From an uncultured Gammaproteobacteria bacterium (lineage in GTDB: Bacteria; Patescibacteriota; Patescibacteriia; Magasanikbacterales; GWA2-37-8): 64,000 bases of DNA. Shown here one piece after another: positions 62,969 to 64,000 of the stretch. The stretch spans positions 101,600-165,599 of the forward strand of contig CAZWKA010000001.1 in NCBI GenBank assembly GCA_964634875.1, read 5' to 3'. The notes under the pieces are model-generated. The model did not search any database. It saw nothing but the letters and a program-made list of their open reading frames with translations, and was not told the origin of the DNA. Every line of letters starts with the position of its first letter. The stretch's first letter is position 1. Made by a program: the position numbers and the translations under genes.

Positions 62969-64000
62969 TTACCGTTTCATCTTCGTCAGTTTGATAATGA
63001 TCGGTGTCGCGAAGAATTTGAATTGTAGGCGCATCTGGTTAGCCAGATAGTGTACATACGACATATGTACCGACGTGCCTTCCTTGATAAAGAGTTCAAA
63101 CGTTGGGGGGCTCGTTTTGATTTGGGTGAAGTCGTAGATTTTTGGGTGGCGGACGCCTTTGCCACGGGTTGGCAGGTGGCGTTTGGTCGCGCGTTTGAGG
63201 AAGGTGACCAGCGTGTCATGGTCAAGCTCTGTGTGGCGGTCTGCCCAAGCTTCGGTCAGGAGCGGAAAAATTTGGTGCACGCGGTAGCTCGTCTTCGCGC
63301 TGACAAAAACAATCGGGGCGTAATCGAGGTGGGGGAATTTTTTGTATAAGTCTTTTTTGACATCGTTACGGAACGAGTCGGTATTGTCTTCGGCCTCATC
63401 CCATTTGTTGACGACGATGATTACGCTCTTGGTATGCTCACGCAGGAGCCCGGCTAGCTGTTGGTCTTGGTCTGTAACCGGTTCGGTCGCGTCGAGCAAG
63501 AGGAGTACGATATCCGAACGGTCAATGGTGGCAATACTTTTGTTAATGCCGAGGTGCTCGAGTTCACCAGATACTTTAGTCTTGCGGCGGATACCTGCTG
63601 TGTCAACAAAAACCATTCTGACTCCGTCAACTTCAACGAGCGTATCGTGCGGTTCGCGCGTGGTGTGTGGCATGTCGCTCACAATTACACGGTCTTCACC
63701 AATAAGCTTGTTAAACAGCGATGACTTGCCGACGTTTGGTTTGCCGACGAGTGCAATCTTGATGGCTGGTAATTCTTCAACCTGTTTTGGCCGCTTAGTT
63801 TGTTTGTTTAAGAGTTTATATAATACGTCCAAGAGATCGCCAACATTACTGCCATTGGCAGCCGATACTGGGAAAGGTTCGCCCAGGCCGAGTTTTTGCC
63901 ATTCATGATCATAAATACGGGAATGGATAACCAGGTTGTCTGCCTTGTTGCCTACCAAAATAATTGGAGTCTTCTTTTTATTTTTTGCTAAACGTTTCCC
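62969..64000 (-). CDS. der: GTPase Der/EngA, C-terminal ~340 aa (gene continues beyond window end)
   Basis: NKAD (G4 of the first GTPase domain). Second G domain GKPNVGKSSLFN, DTAG, NKWD. C-terminal KH-like domain. Confidence 0.85.
   Translation of the reverse strand, partial: GKRLAKNKKKTPIILVGNKADNLVIHSRIYDHEWQKLGLGEPFPVSAANGSNVGDLLDVLYKLLNKQTKRPKQVEELPAIKIALVGKPNVGKSSLFNKLIGEDRVIVSDMPHTTREPHDTLVEVDGVRMVFVDTAGIRRKTKVSGELEHLGINKSIATIDRSDIVLLLLDATEPVTDQDQQLAGLLREHTKSVIIVVNKWDEAEDNTDSFRNDVKKDLYKKFPHLDYAPIVFVSAKTSYRVHQIFPLLTEAWADRHTELDHDTLVTFLKRATKRHLPTRGKGVRHPKIYDFTQIKTSPPTFELFIKEGTSVHMSYVHYLANQMRLQFKFFATPIIIKLTKMKR

Overview
This 64 kb window looks like a small, AT-rich (~45% GC) genome of the Candidate Phyla Radiation (Saccharibacteria/Parcubacteria-like) type, with high-GC segments inserted at several points.

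Conserved backbone:
- Left end: an F1Fo ATP synthase operon on the minus strand (atpA partial, atpH, atpF, atpE, atpB). It is followed by trpS, rlmH, tgt and a UvrD-family helicase.
- Centre: a long str/S10/spc ribosomal-protein operon running rpsL, rpsG, fusA, tuf, rpsJ, rplC, rplD, rplW, rplB, rpsS, rplV, rpsC, rplP, rpmC, rpsQ, rplN, rplX, rplE, rpsZ, rpsH, rplF, rplR, rpsE, rplO, secY, adk, map. No rpmD (L30) gene lies between rpsE and rplO, and the operon stops after map.
- Right half: ruvX/yqgF, recO, asnS, a metallophosphoesterase, soj, parB, rel, topA, dprA, pth and the 3' part of der.
- RNA genes: tRNA-Asn(GTT) on the plus strand and tRNA-Leu(CAA) on the minus strand.

Unusual content:
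- GC-rich segments. At least eight segments of 55-70% GC, with GC3 near 90% in the richest ORFs, are embedded at 6.5-7.3, 17.7-19.8, 23.2-25.0, 42.0-45.1, 46.9-48.0, 48.2-51.9 and 57.1-57.8 kb. They encode almost only secreted, lipobox-bearing, Cys-rich or membrane proteins. These include a tandem array of five lipoprotein genes in two paralogous pairs (48.2-51.9 kb) and a module of two Cys-rich secreted paralogs next to a 2OG-Fe(II) oxygenase-like gene.
- Shared promoter. Several of these GC-rich genes sit behind the same extended promoter motif, CTATCTTGAC(A/G), with a 17-nt spacer and a -10 such as TAGGGT.
- Palindromic repeats. Multi-copy palindromic repeat families occupy many intergenic sites. 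One of them brackets a four-helix-bundle (rRNA-IVS-type) ORF, like an intervening-sequence cassette.
- Asn-codon leader. A leader-peptide ORF rich in Asn codons, with alternative pairings resembling a 1:2/2:3/3:4 attenuator, lies just upstream of tRNA-Asn.
- Candidate ncRNAs. Two promoter-to-terminator units without ORFs are present at 27.5-27.7 kb and 56.9-57.1 kb. The second has a closing stem reminiscent of 6S RNA.

No CRISPR array and no rRNA genes were seen.
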